Positions 47,473 through 58,985 of a stretch of 64,000 bases of DNA are shown here, one piece after another (position 1 is the stretch's first letter; every line of letters begins with the position of its first letter). Location of the stretch: contig NC_057717.1 of the NCBI RefSeq assembly GCF_004010195.1, positions 103,156,985 through 103,220,984 on the forward strand. Reading direction: 5' to 3'. The notes below the pieces were generated by a model. That model made no database searches. It worked only from the letters and a program-made list of their open reading frames with translations, and was not told the origin of the DNA. The DNA comes from Chiloscyllium plagiosum. Its lineage: Eukaryota. The position numbers and the translations under genes are program-made.

Positions 47473-47850
47473 ATGGAATTGATTCCTTCCTAGTTGTTGG
47501 CATAAAGCTTAAAGTATACTGGTACGTTACGAGGTGATGGGAAGTCTATATGTGGCTTTGATGTCAGCACTCTTCTCAAATGAGTAGAAATTTTAAATTG
47601 AATTAATTATCGGTTTGCGCAAGGTTGAGTGGAAGAGGGAAGCCCCATTTGACTATTAAGCCTGGACATCCATTTTGAAGGATTGATTTCCATTTATGTA
47701 GAGTAAGGTCATGCTGTTAGCTGCATGAGTGATAGGAAATCCATTTCTGAATCTTGTCCCATTGATGTGTGCACTTGTTTCCAGGAGCTATAGAGTTTAC
47801 TGGACCTGTTTGAGCCAGTGTCTGTACTGGACATTATGAATTGGGGATTC

Positions 47851-48137
47851 TAGATTAGATTACTTACAGTGTGGAAACAGGCCCTTCGGTCCAACAAGTC
47901 CACACCGACCCGCCGAAGTGCAACCCACCCATACATTTACCCCTTCACCTAACACTACGGGCAATTTAGCACGGCCAATTCGCCCGACCTGCACATCTTT
48001 GGACTGTGGGAGGAAACTCACGCAGACACGGGGAGAATGTGCAAACTCCACACAGTCAGTCGCCTAAGGCGGGAATTGAACGCGGGTCTCTGGCGCCGTG
48101 AGACAGCAGTGCTTACCACTGTGCCACCGTGCCGCCC
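47851..48137 (-). mobile_element. Young full-length HE1-like SINE
   Basis: CpG-rich reverse copy ending GTGCCACCGTGCCGCCC. Confidence 0.93.
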
Positions 48138-48614
48138 ACTCATCTCATCTTTTTTTGCACACATCCATTGACAACAAAGTATAGCCAGAATTGACTTCAT
48201 CCTAACTCCGTTGAAGATCGGAATTGCTCGTGTTTAAGGGTGAGTTTAGTAATGTGTGATAGATGAAATGAAAGAAATCCATTGGTTGCAGTGTTAGCGA
48301 GTGAATAGAGACTAGATTGCTAATCTAAAGCTGTGAGCTCCTACTGTGATACTGTCTCAAAGTGAATGCAATAAATCTGGCAATTCATAGTCTAGTCATG
48401 AAATTGTTCAAAATGTTAAAAGGATTGTTTAGCGAGAGTGAATAAATTATTTCCTCCAGTGGGGGAATTAAGAACAAAAGAACATGGTTGTAAAATTAGA
48501 GCAAAGTTGTTCAGGAAGCAAGAAACAAAGCATATCTTCACACAAAGGGCAGGAACAATTTGGTGCAGTGTCTCAGCTCTCTCTCAGTGCTGAGGGGTGA
48601 ACTGTCTCTACGAG

Positions 48615-48735
48615 GGCAGTATCCCGTCACCAAGTCACCCTTTATTTCTACGTGGAGAGTCTTCGATACTGGTCTGACTTCCTCAGAGCCAGCTTTCAGA
48701 GTGAACAGAACCTGTTTTTTTCTCCCCCTGTCATA
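48615..48735 (-). mobile_element. Gypsy LTR fragment (same family; a further piece lies at ~49320-49400)
   Basis: GTATCCCGTCACCAAGTCACCCTTTATTT...GAACAGAACC matches 9240-9340. Confidence 0.7.
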
Positions 48736-48764
48736 ACACTTCCCCATTCAACTTCCAAGAAAAG

Positions 48765-48990
48765 AGTTAAAAATCACACAACACCCCCCAGGTATAGTCC
48801 AACACGTTTATTTGGAAGCACTAGCTGTCAGAACGCTGCTCCTTTGTTGGGTAGCGACCTGATGAGGAGCAGCGCTCTGAAAGCTAGTGCTTCCAAATAA
48901 ACCTGTTGGACTATAACCTGGTGTTGTTAACCTGGTGTTGTGTGATTTTTAACTTTGTCCACCCCAGTCCAACACCGGCTCCTCCAAATC
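48765..48990. mobile_element. Fold-back PLE pLTR with plus-strand hammerhead (48857-48888)
   Basis: Inverted arms as at 33.6 kb; AC CUGAUGA GGAGC AGC GCUCU GAAA GC UA GU. Confidence 0.8.
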
Positions 48991-50214
48991 AAAGAAAACA
49001 CAAAGACCTTTTGATTCAGATCAAGAATGAGACAGGGAGAACGTTTGTCAATCATCTTGGATTATTGGCACAAAGAAGCATTTTAATTACCCTGAAGATT
49101 GTACTAATTATCGACCAACTTTGTGGCTTTTGTCGAGGGTCGGACTTTAACATGGCCACTGTTGTCTCTGCTGGGTTTTACCACTGATCTGGGTGTATAG
49201 CTTAGTCTCAGCTATCTGTATCACGCTGTGGAAATCAGGGAGAGGTCAACCGAAACCACAGGGGATATCTTCAGCACTGCATGGAAAACAGATACTGAAT
49301 ACTCTTGTCAGCCAGTGCTGCTTGTATGGACATGGTTAACAGCCCCAATCAGGGAACTCATATTCTATGAGGTCCACCAGGCTGACCGCATTACTATGGG
49401 CTTTCAAGGGCCAGGTTGATAAATCTGTGTTGGGTCACAATAGATATCGAGTTACATCAGGCTAAATGGAGCCAGTCGCAACCTGACTGAATGTTGGACA
49501 GATCTTGAGGGGACAAATCTGACAGACAGAATTCACTAGCAGATTGGAAATTAGAATCCCTACAGTGTGGAAACTGGCCATTTGACCCAACAAGTCCACA
49601 CTGACCCTCCGAAGAGCATCCCATCCAGACCCATTCCCCTCTACCTAATACCCTACATTTCCCTTAACTAACGCACCTAGCCTACACATCCCTGAACACT
49701 GTGGGCAATTTAGCATGGACAATTAGCATGCAATTTTAAACTGTGCATTTTTTTGGAAATGCAAAAGAACAAATTATGCAGGAGGTGTAAAAAACGTGTG
49801 AGGGAGACAGATTGTGTTGAGGGAAGCCTGGTCTGCTATTCGATCAGATCATGGCTGATTTCTCAACTTCTACACCAGCGTGCTGCCCTCACCCCACATC
49901 CCCTGGGTCGTTGAAAGCTATCCCAGCTTTTTCTGAAGATTTGTGTTTGCTTTCATCCTGTCATTTCTCAGCTGTGCTTGATTTCTACTCATCTCAGATG
50001 AACCATTTCACTGTGCAAGATGAAAGTTGCTGTTCTAAATCTAAGCAGGGGGATAGATCAATGCGGGCCTTTCATTGATAGGAGTGAGCATTCAGAAATA
50101 CTGGAAGTTGCTTAAAACTTTGCCAAACAAACACAGATAGCAGCACTAAAGGGCTTGATCTCTTTATTAGCAAAAATGTAACGATCCCTGAATTAAATAT
50201 TGTCCTTTAGCAGT

Positions 50215-50520
50215 TGGCAGTGCTGCCTCAGCACGAGGGACCTGGGTTTAATCCCAGCCTTGGGCGACTGCCTGTGTGGGTTTCCTCTGGGTGCTCCGGT
50301 TTCCTCCCAGAGTCCAAAGATGTGCAGGTTATGGTGGATTGGCCATGCTAAATTGTCCCATAGTGTTCAGGGATGTGCAGGCTAGGTGCATTCATCATGA
50401 GAAATGCAGGGTTAGAGGGATAGAGTGGGGGCGTGGTGGGTCTGGGTGGGATGTTCTTCGGAGGATCAGTGTGGATTTGATGGGCCAACTGGCCTGCTTC
50501 CACACTTTAGGAATTCTATG
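50215..50520 (+). mobile_element. HE1-like SINE
   Basis: Partial head, V-domain and tail. Confidence 0.88.
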
Positions 50521-50829
50521 ATACTTCTTAGACATGTCCCTTGGGACAAAGAATCCGGTTTACACTGTGTTCCAAGATGGTTGACAAACCTAATGCATGA
50601 TCTGCAGGCTCTGCTATGTGTAGAGAGCTGGTGCTTACTGGGTTGAGGTGACGGGCTGTTTAGAGGTTTGTGCAATCCCTCTGATGTCTCAACGTCAGCT
50701 CCATGCATTGCCAATGATGCCACTTGATATGTTCAGTCCCTTCCAGAAAGAAGTATCTCCATTTTAGTCAGTCACAGGCCAAGGATGCACGACGATAATG
50801 GGAGACATCCCAGACCAGAGGTCAAAGTC

Positions 50830-51790
50830 GGGAGTGGAGGCACAGAGGTAAGTCCTGGACTGGAGGCCGGAGTGGGTAGGGGAGTCCCAGACTGGAGGCT
50901 GGAGTGGGGAGGGGAGTCCCAGAATGGAGGCCGGAGTGGGGAGGGGAGTCCCGGACTGGAGGCTGGAGTGGGGAGGGGAGTCCCGGACTGGAGGCTGAGT
51001 GAGGAGGTGAGTCCCAGGCTGGAGGCTGGAGTGAGGAGGTGAGTCCCAGACTGGAGGCTGAGTGAGGAGGTGAGTCCCAGTCTGGAGGCTGAGTGAGGAG
51101 GTGAGTCCCAGGCTGGAGGCCGGAGTGGGGAGGGGAGTCCCGGATTAGAGGCTGGAGTGAGGAGGTGAGTCCCAGGCTGGAGGCTGGAGTGAGGAGGTGA
51201 GTCCCAGACTGAAGGCTGGAGTGAGGAGGTGAGTCCCAGGCTGGAGGCTGAATGAGGAGGTGTGTCCCAGGCTGGAGATCGGAGTGGGGAGGGGAGTCCC
51301 AGTCTGGAGGCAGGAGTGAGGAGGTGAGTCCCAGGCTGGAGGCTGNNNNNNNNNNNNNNNNNNNNNNNNNNNNNNNNNNNNNNNNNNNNNNNNNNNNNNN
51401 NNNNNNNNNNNNNNNNNNNNNNNNNNNNNNAGTCCCAGTCTGGAGGCTGAGTGAGGAGGTGAGTCCCAGACTGGAGGCTGGAGTGAGGAGGTGAGTCCCA
51501 GACTGGAGGCCGGAGTGAGGAGGTGAGTCCCAGATTAGAGTCTGGAGTAGGGAGGGGAGTCCCAGACTGGAGGCTGGAGTGAGGAGGTGAGTCCCAGACT
51601 GGAGGCTGGAGTGAGGAGGTGAGTCCCAGTCTGGAGGCTGGAGTGAGGAGGTGAGTCCCGGATTAGAGTCTGGAGTGAGGAGGTGTGTCCCAGGCTGGAG
51701 GCTGGAGTGAGGAGGTGTGTCCCAAACTGGAGGCCGGATTGGGGAGGTGTGTCCCAGACTGGAGGCTGGAGTGGGGAGGTGAATCCCGGA
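50830..51790. repeat. 31/32-bp G-rich minisatellite (GGAGTGAGGAGGTGAGTCCCAGACTGGAGGCT)n spanning an N gap
   Basis: Direct tandem units. Confidence 0.96.
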
Positions 51791-52094
51791 AGTTTGTCCT
51801 GGAAGTGAGTCTGGCTAAGGGGGGGAGGTATTGAGTTTTGATGCCCACTGCGGTCTGGAGACTCAGCCCGGTGAGTGCTGCCATGGAGTGGCTGAAAAGG
51901 AATGTAATTCCAGCACTTTTTAAAACTTTTCATTCTGATGCTGGACTTTTATTTATTATTTTTCAATTCTGTACCAAACATTTAAGTATCTGTGCCTAGG
52001 TATCTTGTAGCTAAGATGGCACCATAGCGGCGACATTGCAAACTTTTCACTGTACCCATTCGAGTGCATGTGACAATAAAGCTCATTCAGATGT

Positions 52095-52500
52095 TCAGAG
52101 ATACCTTGATGACGTCCTTAAAACGGTGTTTCTGCCATTCTCCTGGTGGTGTCCTACCATGAGCAAGTAGATACGTTGCCTTGGGAATGTGGTGTCAGGT
52201 CAATCAACACATCCCATCCAAAAGAACGAGTTTTGAATGATTAATGCCTTGATGTTGGTCTGGGGAAAGCACCCCGTTGTTGGACCACCTTTCTTGACAT
52301 TGGGCCTTTGAGGATCTTGCAAAGGCACCGTTGCTGGGACTTCACGCAGGGCTCTCAGGTTCCTGCTCTAGGATGTCCAAGTCTCCACAGCATAGAGGGG
52401 CACAGGGATCAACACTATCTGGTCAAGCATGACTTTCGGCTTGGGTTTGAGATCCTGACCCTCAAATTCGCTTTCCTTCAATTGAACAAAGGTACTTTGA
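52095..52500 (-). mobile_element. Old RTE-clade LINE fragment
   Basis: Minus: FVQLKESEFEGQDLKPKPKVMLDQIVLIPVPLYAVETWT. Confidence 0.7.
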
Positions 52501-52964
52501 ATATATGTAACAATTTGTATCCAGAAACTCTTTTGGATAGAACATTTCAAAGATTCAGAATTCTTTGTGTGAATACTGTGACAATAAACTGAAGAATGAA
52601 ATCAGTTAAAACCTGAATCATTGCCAGCTCTCGATTCTGTTCCATTTCAAAAAGATTGGCATTTGCTTTCAACCTCAGCGCGGTCATAGACTCAACAATT
52701 AGTACCATGACATTACCAATGCAAGGTTGTTAATGCATTGGAATCAGTTCAGAGAAGCTTTACTCAACTAATACCTGGGAGTGGATTGCCTTATGAGGAA
52801 AGGTTGGACAGGCGAGGCCAGTATTCCTTGGAGTTTAGGAGAGTGAGAGATGACTGAATTGACTTAATGCTGAGGAAATGTGGCCAGGTGGACGTGGAGA
52901 GGTATCCTTTTGCAAGACAATCTGGAAATAGGGTCACCGTTTAAAGATTTAAGACTTGAGATAC

Positions 52965-53410
52965 AGTCATAGAGCCATAGAGATGTACAGCACAGAAACA
53001 GACTCTTTGGTCTAAACCATGCAAGCCGACCAGATATCCCAACCCAATCTAGTCCCACCTGCCAGCACCCGGCCCATATCCCTCCAAACCCTTCCTATTC
53101 ATAAACCCATCCAGAAGCCTTTTAAATGTTGCAATTGTACCAGCCTCCACCACTTCCTCTGGCAGCCCATTCCACATACACATACCACCCTCTACGTGAA
53201 AAAGTTGCCCCTCAGGTCTCTCTTATATCTTTCCCCTCTCACCCTAAACCTATGCCCTCTAGTTCTGGACTTCCCCAACCCCAGGGAAAAGACTTTGTCT
53301 ATTTACCCTATCCATGCCCCTCATGACTTTATAAACCTCAATAAGGTCACCCCCTTGGCCTCCGGCGCTCCAGCCCTAGCCTATTCAGCCTCTCCCTGTA
53401 GCTCAAATCC
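52965..53410 (-). mobile_element. CR1 3' end nested in an older plus-strand CR1 (~52730-53670)
   Basis: Reverse of the 8250-8560 type 3' end; flanks continue an older CR1. Confidence 0.88.
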
Positions 53411-54654
53411 TTCATGAGCATTATTTTTCTATGGGAGCACCATAAGTGTTTGGAATTCCTTTCCTCAAAAAGCAATAGATGCAGAATCTTTCAATACTTT
53501 TAAGGCACAGATAGATAGATTCTTGACAGCCAAGGAGACGAAAGATGACTGGGCAGGTGTCGGAAGGTGGCGTTGAGGTTAAAATCAGATCTACTGTGAT
53601 CTTGTTGAATGATGGAGCAGGGCTCAAAGGGCCAAGTGGCTGATTCTTGTTCCTCGTTTGTACATTTCATAGTGTAGTTAAGAAGGGATTCCTTCTGAAC
53701 AACCAATGCTGAGAGTGTGCAGTTTGACCTCAGAGTGCAGACAGGACCGGCTTTGATAGTCACTGCACTGGGGGGCACAGAACCACAACCGTTGGGGAGG
53801 ACTGTCCTGACAGAGAAAGATCCCAGAGCTGGTACAGTACTGGTGTTCCATAACCCCAATATATAGCACAGAAGGAGAATCAGAATCTATTAATAAAAAT
53901 TGCATTCGTACTGTTAGAATAACAATTTTGTGTACAAATATTACAAATTAATCCTGTTTTGTAACGAGTAAATGGACAGGTTCGTGTATATATCTGGCAT
54001 GTTGAACAAATGTTCTCTGGGAGATTGAGCCTAATCATTGACCACATGATGACCCTTGGTATTGTGCTGTCTCTGATATACAGATACATCCCAAGCAGTA
54101 CTAGCCATGTCTTGAAGCAGACTGGAAAATGGAATGTTTGTTCCAGTTAATTGTCGCTGCTATTTAACCCCCCATTAATTAGGAACATAATGAAGACATA
54201 GCAATATCACAAGAAATTTTACTCGGGCAATTCCTTCTGTTAAGCTGGAGAAAGAAAGAATGTGAATTGCTATAGCACCTTTTACAACATTAGTTCATTT
54301 CAAAGCCCTTGACAGCAATTATGAGCAGATGAGCAGGGATGACTCATCTCCCTTTTTTCAATCTCCTTGATTAGCTGCAAGAAATGTATAAAATTATTTT
54401 CCAGTACAAAGCTGTACCTCGTTCTAATTAGAATGTAATTACCCAATGTCTGTTCAATCAGGAAGGAGTCAATTACAAGAATTATTTCGGTGAGAGAAAG
54501 AGCAATTTTATTATCTGCTAATCCTGAGAAGGTTATGCACACATGTGCGTGCACATACACACAGACACACACACAATTAAAAAGGCATATAAACTCTATA
54601 GTGTATCGTTCAGGTGTAGGGCTTTAACCCGAGACCATGGTTGTTCTATTGATA

Positions 54655-54750
54655 TTTTGAAGCCACCCGATGAAGGAGCAGCGCTCCGAAAGCTTGTGAT
54701 TTCAAATAAACCTGTTGAGCTACAACCTGGTGTCGTGTGACTTCTGACAC
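54655..54750 (+). mobile_element. PLE pLTR fragment with near-intact hammerhead (54664-54698)
   Basis: CAC CCGAUGA A GGAGC AGC GCUCC GAAA GC UU GUG (one core substitution). Confidence 0.75.
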
Positions 54751-56323
54751 AGTGCATTTATAATTGATGTCTATCGCTGTATTTTATATTAATGGATAAC
54801 AAGAACTGATGATAGTTCTTGATTTTGCCTTCTCATTGATCAGCCTACCTTGAACCAAAACTCATTGTGTCCCATCAAGCCACACCATGAATCATTTCCT
54901 ACATTTCAACAGTGAATACACTTCTACAGTTCTTTACAGGTGGTAAAGCGTTGTGTATCATTCATGGATCATGAAGGATGGTACAGAAACATAGCCCTTC
55001 TCTGTAAAGTGAGTGTGTCCTATTTAATGTGAAGATGATACTTGAGCCGATCTGAATTCCTCAGACCTTGCAACGCACGTGGTCTGAGTTTGTGTTCACT
55101 TGTTCTGAGTCTCCAGTTTGCACACATTCTGCCTTTGTCATTCGTCTTTCCCCAGTGGTCTCTCAGCTCTCCTCCTCTGCTTAATATGTCACACAAACGC
55201 TGTGTTGTTTCTTCTGTGCTCTCCTGAGCAACCCAGCGTTAATCCTACATGCTGTAAGAAGCTTGGAAGCTTCAGCCTGTCTTCCAAATTAGACTTTTCA
55301 AAGAGCTGGCAGGTGTCCAGGCGAATCCCCGGCACCCCTCGGGGTTAAAGGGTTAATGGAAACATCACTGAGCTCTGTTCAGGGGTGATTGCTGATAAGA
55401 CATGCATTGCCTCCATCTAAGCTTGTAAACCTCTGATGGTTTATCGATCAGAGAGGATTTCAATGCACCACATTCAGCCCTGCAGCCCCTCAACAGGGAG
55501 TTCAGGAGCACCAGGTCTAAATGTATGTTTCCTCCTGGCAATACAAAGCTCTGTATATAGTTTCCATTTTTGATCAGGGCTGCAAGTGACGGTTAAGGAC
55601 AAGGTGACATTTAGCTACCAGAACCCAGTCAGACTGCTGAATTGGAGACGTGCTGTATCGAAATGGTGTATCGACATTTCATACATAAACCGTTAGACAG
55701 CAATTCTGGTTCTCATTGACCGATTTAAATTTTCACATCAATCTTTAACTGGAATTTATCACCCTTTATTGCAAAAACCTATAGCAGTGTCAATGAGAGG
55801 CTTCCATTCCAGAGATAAATTGGAGAGGCTGAGAATATTTCCCTCAGAGGGGGAAAGATTAGGGGAGGATTAACAAAGGGGTTCAAAATCACAAGGGACT
55901 TGCGCACAGTCTGAGAATTAGGGCTGGATTGATCAGGAGAAATGTGAGGAAGCACTTCGGCACACAATGAATGATACACACATGGAATGCTCTTCCACAA
56001 GTGGTACACGATGCTGGATCAGTCCCCGATCTTAAATCCAAGATACACATTTTTTTTTTGTTAAACAAAGGTATTAAGGGATATGGGCTAAAGGCTCGTA
56101 TATGGGGTTTGGCCACAGATCAGCCACGATCTCACTGATTGGCAGAACCAGGCTTGAGGGGCTGAATTGCCTATTCCTGTTCCTATGACTGCATGGATAG
56201 GGAGAACATGTTATCCTCGCTAGAAAAGTGAGGAAGAAATGAATGAGGTACAGATGTAAGATGAATTGCGAAAGAGTAAATGGTGACATGACACAAAATA
56301 TATTTTCCACAGCAAATGGTTAG

Positions 56324-56539
56324 TGTAGAGTTAAGGTTTTGTGATTAGGCCACATGGGCCTTTGAAGTATATTGGTGACCTCAGTCATCAGAGACAGACT
56401 CTGCTGAGAGGTTGGAACTAGAAGAGTTCAAGAGAGAGTGGTCTGATACAAGACCCTATGTCTATAATGTAAATTAATACTGTTTGAAGAAAATACCTCA
56501 AGATCTGGTTATTGAAACAGACGAACCCTTGCCAAAACA
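56324..56539. mobile_element. 216-bp solo LTR inside an old CR1
   Basis: TGT...ACA termini; perfect 5-bp TSD GTTAG (56319-56323 / 56540-56544). Confidence 0.75.
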
Positions 56540-57609
56540 GTTAGGGTCTGGACTACCTTGTCTGAGAATGTGGTGAGAAAGGCAGACCAAATTGTGACTT
56601 CCAAAAGGATAATTACCTTAAAAGAAAAAAAAACACTGCAGATTTACAGTGTGGGTGAGTGGAAACTAGCTGGAATTCTCTTACAGAGAATCAGCACCGA
56701 CACACTGGGCAGAATAGCCTCCCTCTGCATTTTGTGATTGCAGTCTTTGATTTTATGATGCTTTCATTAGACAGCGTGTGATGCACAGCATTCAATACTG
56801 CTCACTGTACCTTGGGGAAGGTTATATTAAAACTTAATTTATGAACTGAGTTCACGTAGACCAGGTTTGTGTTGCTTTGACGGCGAAAGATTAAGGTGTT
56901 CAAAAGCCAGAAAGGGCCATAAATACTCAGCAGGTCAGGCAGAGTCTGTGTTCAGAGAAACAACGTCAACGTCGCAGACGAAGATGCCTCTCAGGAGAAC
57001 TGGATAAGGTTGGAGATTGAAACAGGTTGACAGCAAGTATAGAGACTGGGAGAGAGGAGGAAAGACCAACAGGGAATATCAGTGTGACGGTTCAGAAGCA
57101 AAAGGGGACGAGTAAAGAAACATGTGTCTAGTAAAGGCGTAAATAGATGAAGGTAGATGGTTTTTCAATGCAAACTGTACGAGAAAGAGTAAAATTGTTG
57201 AACTCAGTGTTAAGTCTGGAAGATTGCCAAGTGTCTAACTGAAAGATAAGGTTCCTTGACCTTGTGGCATGTTTAAGGGGTCAAGGACAGAGATGGAGCA
57301 GGACAAAGATTAAAATGACAGATGACTGGAAACCTGCTGTCATGCTCGTGAACTGAACTGAAAGACATCCCTCCCACCTGTTATTTGATGGCCCAATGTA
57401 AGATCCTGAGAGAGGGAGGATGGAGCAAGTTACTGGCACAGTGGAGGCTGGTGTGCACCAGAAGGTGTTAGGGTACATCATCACCTGAACAAAGTTATTC
57501 TCATTTAATAAGTTTCTGTTTCATTATGTAAGTTTCTATTCAACCGTTAATTCATGTTTTATTTGGATACAGTGGCCTGGTAGTATTTATTAATTTTTTT
57601 TATTCTCTG

Positions 57610-58985
57610 TATGAAGGTTAGAGGCATCTTAACTCTATATCTAATCCCACCCTGTCCTGGGAGTGTTTGATGGAGGAGTTTGTAGATGAAGCTTTACTCC
57701 GTATGTAACCCCATGCTGTCCCTGTCCTGGGAGTGTTTGATGGGGACGGTGTTGAGGGAACTTTACTCTGTATCTATTCCCACCCTGTCCTGGGAATGTT
57801 TGATGGGGGAGTTTGTAGATGAAGCGTTACTATGTATCTAACTATGTGCTGACCCATTTCTGCAAGTGTTTGATGGGAACATTGTTGGGAAAGCTTTACT
57901 TTGTATCCAACCTCCTGCATCCTGAGAATATTTCACAAAGAATAGTGTAGAGGGATTTTACTCTGTATCTAACCCCATGCTATCCTGGGAATAGTTCACA
58001 GGGGATAGTATGGGGGAAGCTTTACTCTATCAAACCCTGAGCCATCCTGAGAATATTTCACAGGGGACAGTGTAGAGGGGCTTTACTCTGTACCTAACCT
58101 CACGCTGTCCTGGGAACGTTTGATGGGGGCATTTGTAGGTGAAGCTTTACTCTGTATCTAACTCCTTGCTGTCCCTGTCCTGGGAGTGTTTGGTGGGGAC
58201 ACTGTAGAGGCAGCTTTATTCTGTATCTAACCCCACCCTTTCCTGGGAATGTTTGATGGGAGAGTTTGTAGATGAAGCTTTACTGTGTATCTAGCCCCTA
58301 GCTGTCCCTATCCTGGGAATGTTTGAAGAGAGAGTGTAGAGAGAGCTTTACTCTGTGTCTAACCCCATTCTGTCCTAGGAGTGTTTTATTGGGGTGGACA
58401 GTGTAGAGGCATCTTTACTCCATATCTAACCCCATGCAGTCCCTGTCCTGGGAGTGTTTGATGGGACTGTATTGGGTAAACATTACTCTGTATCTAACCC
58501 CATGTTGTCCCTGTCTTGGGAGTGTTTGATGGGGACTGTATTGGGTGAATTTTACTCTATCTAACCATGTGCTGTCCCTGTCCTGGGAGTGCTGACGGAA
58601 ACGGTGTAGAGGGAGCTTTACTCTGTATCTAACCCCACCTTGTCCTGGAAATATTTGATGGGGGAGTTTGTAAATGAAGCTTTACAGTGTGCCTAACCCC
58701 TTGCTGTCACTGTACTAGGAGTGTTTGATGGAGACAGTGTCAAGATGCTTTATATCTAACCCCACTCTGTCCTGGGAGTGTTTGATGGGGAGAGTGTAGC
58801 TGGAGCTTTACTCTGTATCTAACCCCATGCTGTTCCCTGTCCTGGGAGTGCTTAATAGACACATTGTTGAGGGTGCTTTACTTTCCGTGTAAAAGCGTAG
58901 AGGGATTTTTACTCCATATCTAACCCCATGTTGTCCCTGTCCTGGGAGTGTTTGATGGAGACAGTGTCGAGGGGACTTTACTTAC
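57610..58985. repeat. ~62-68-bp satellite array, ~21 monomers
   Basis: Consensus CTGTCCCTGTCCTGGGAGTGTTTGATGGGGACAGTGTAGAGGGAGCTTTACTCTGTATCTAACCCCATG. Confidence 0.95.

Noticed and set aside
55403..55467. Pre-miRNA hairpin
   Set aside because: Only two 7-bp stems separated by a large asymmetric loop; no known mature sequence recognised
57610..58985. CRISPR array
   Set aside because: Whole monomers are homologous with no unique spacers; eukaryotic satellite
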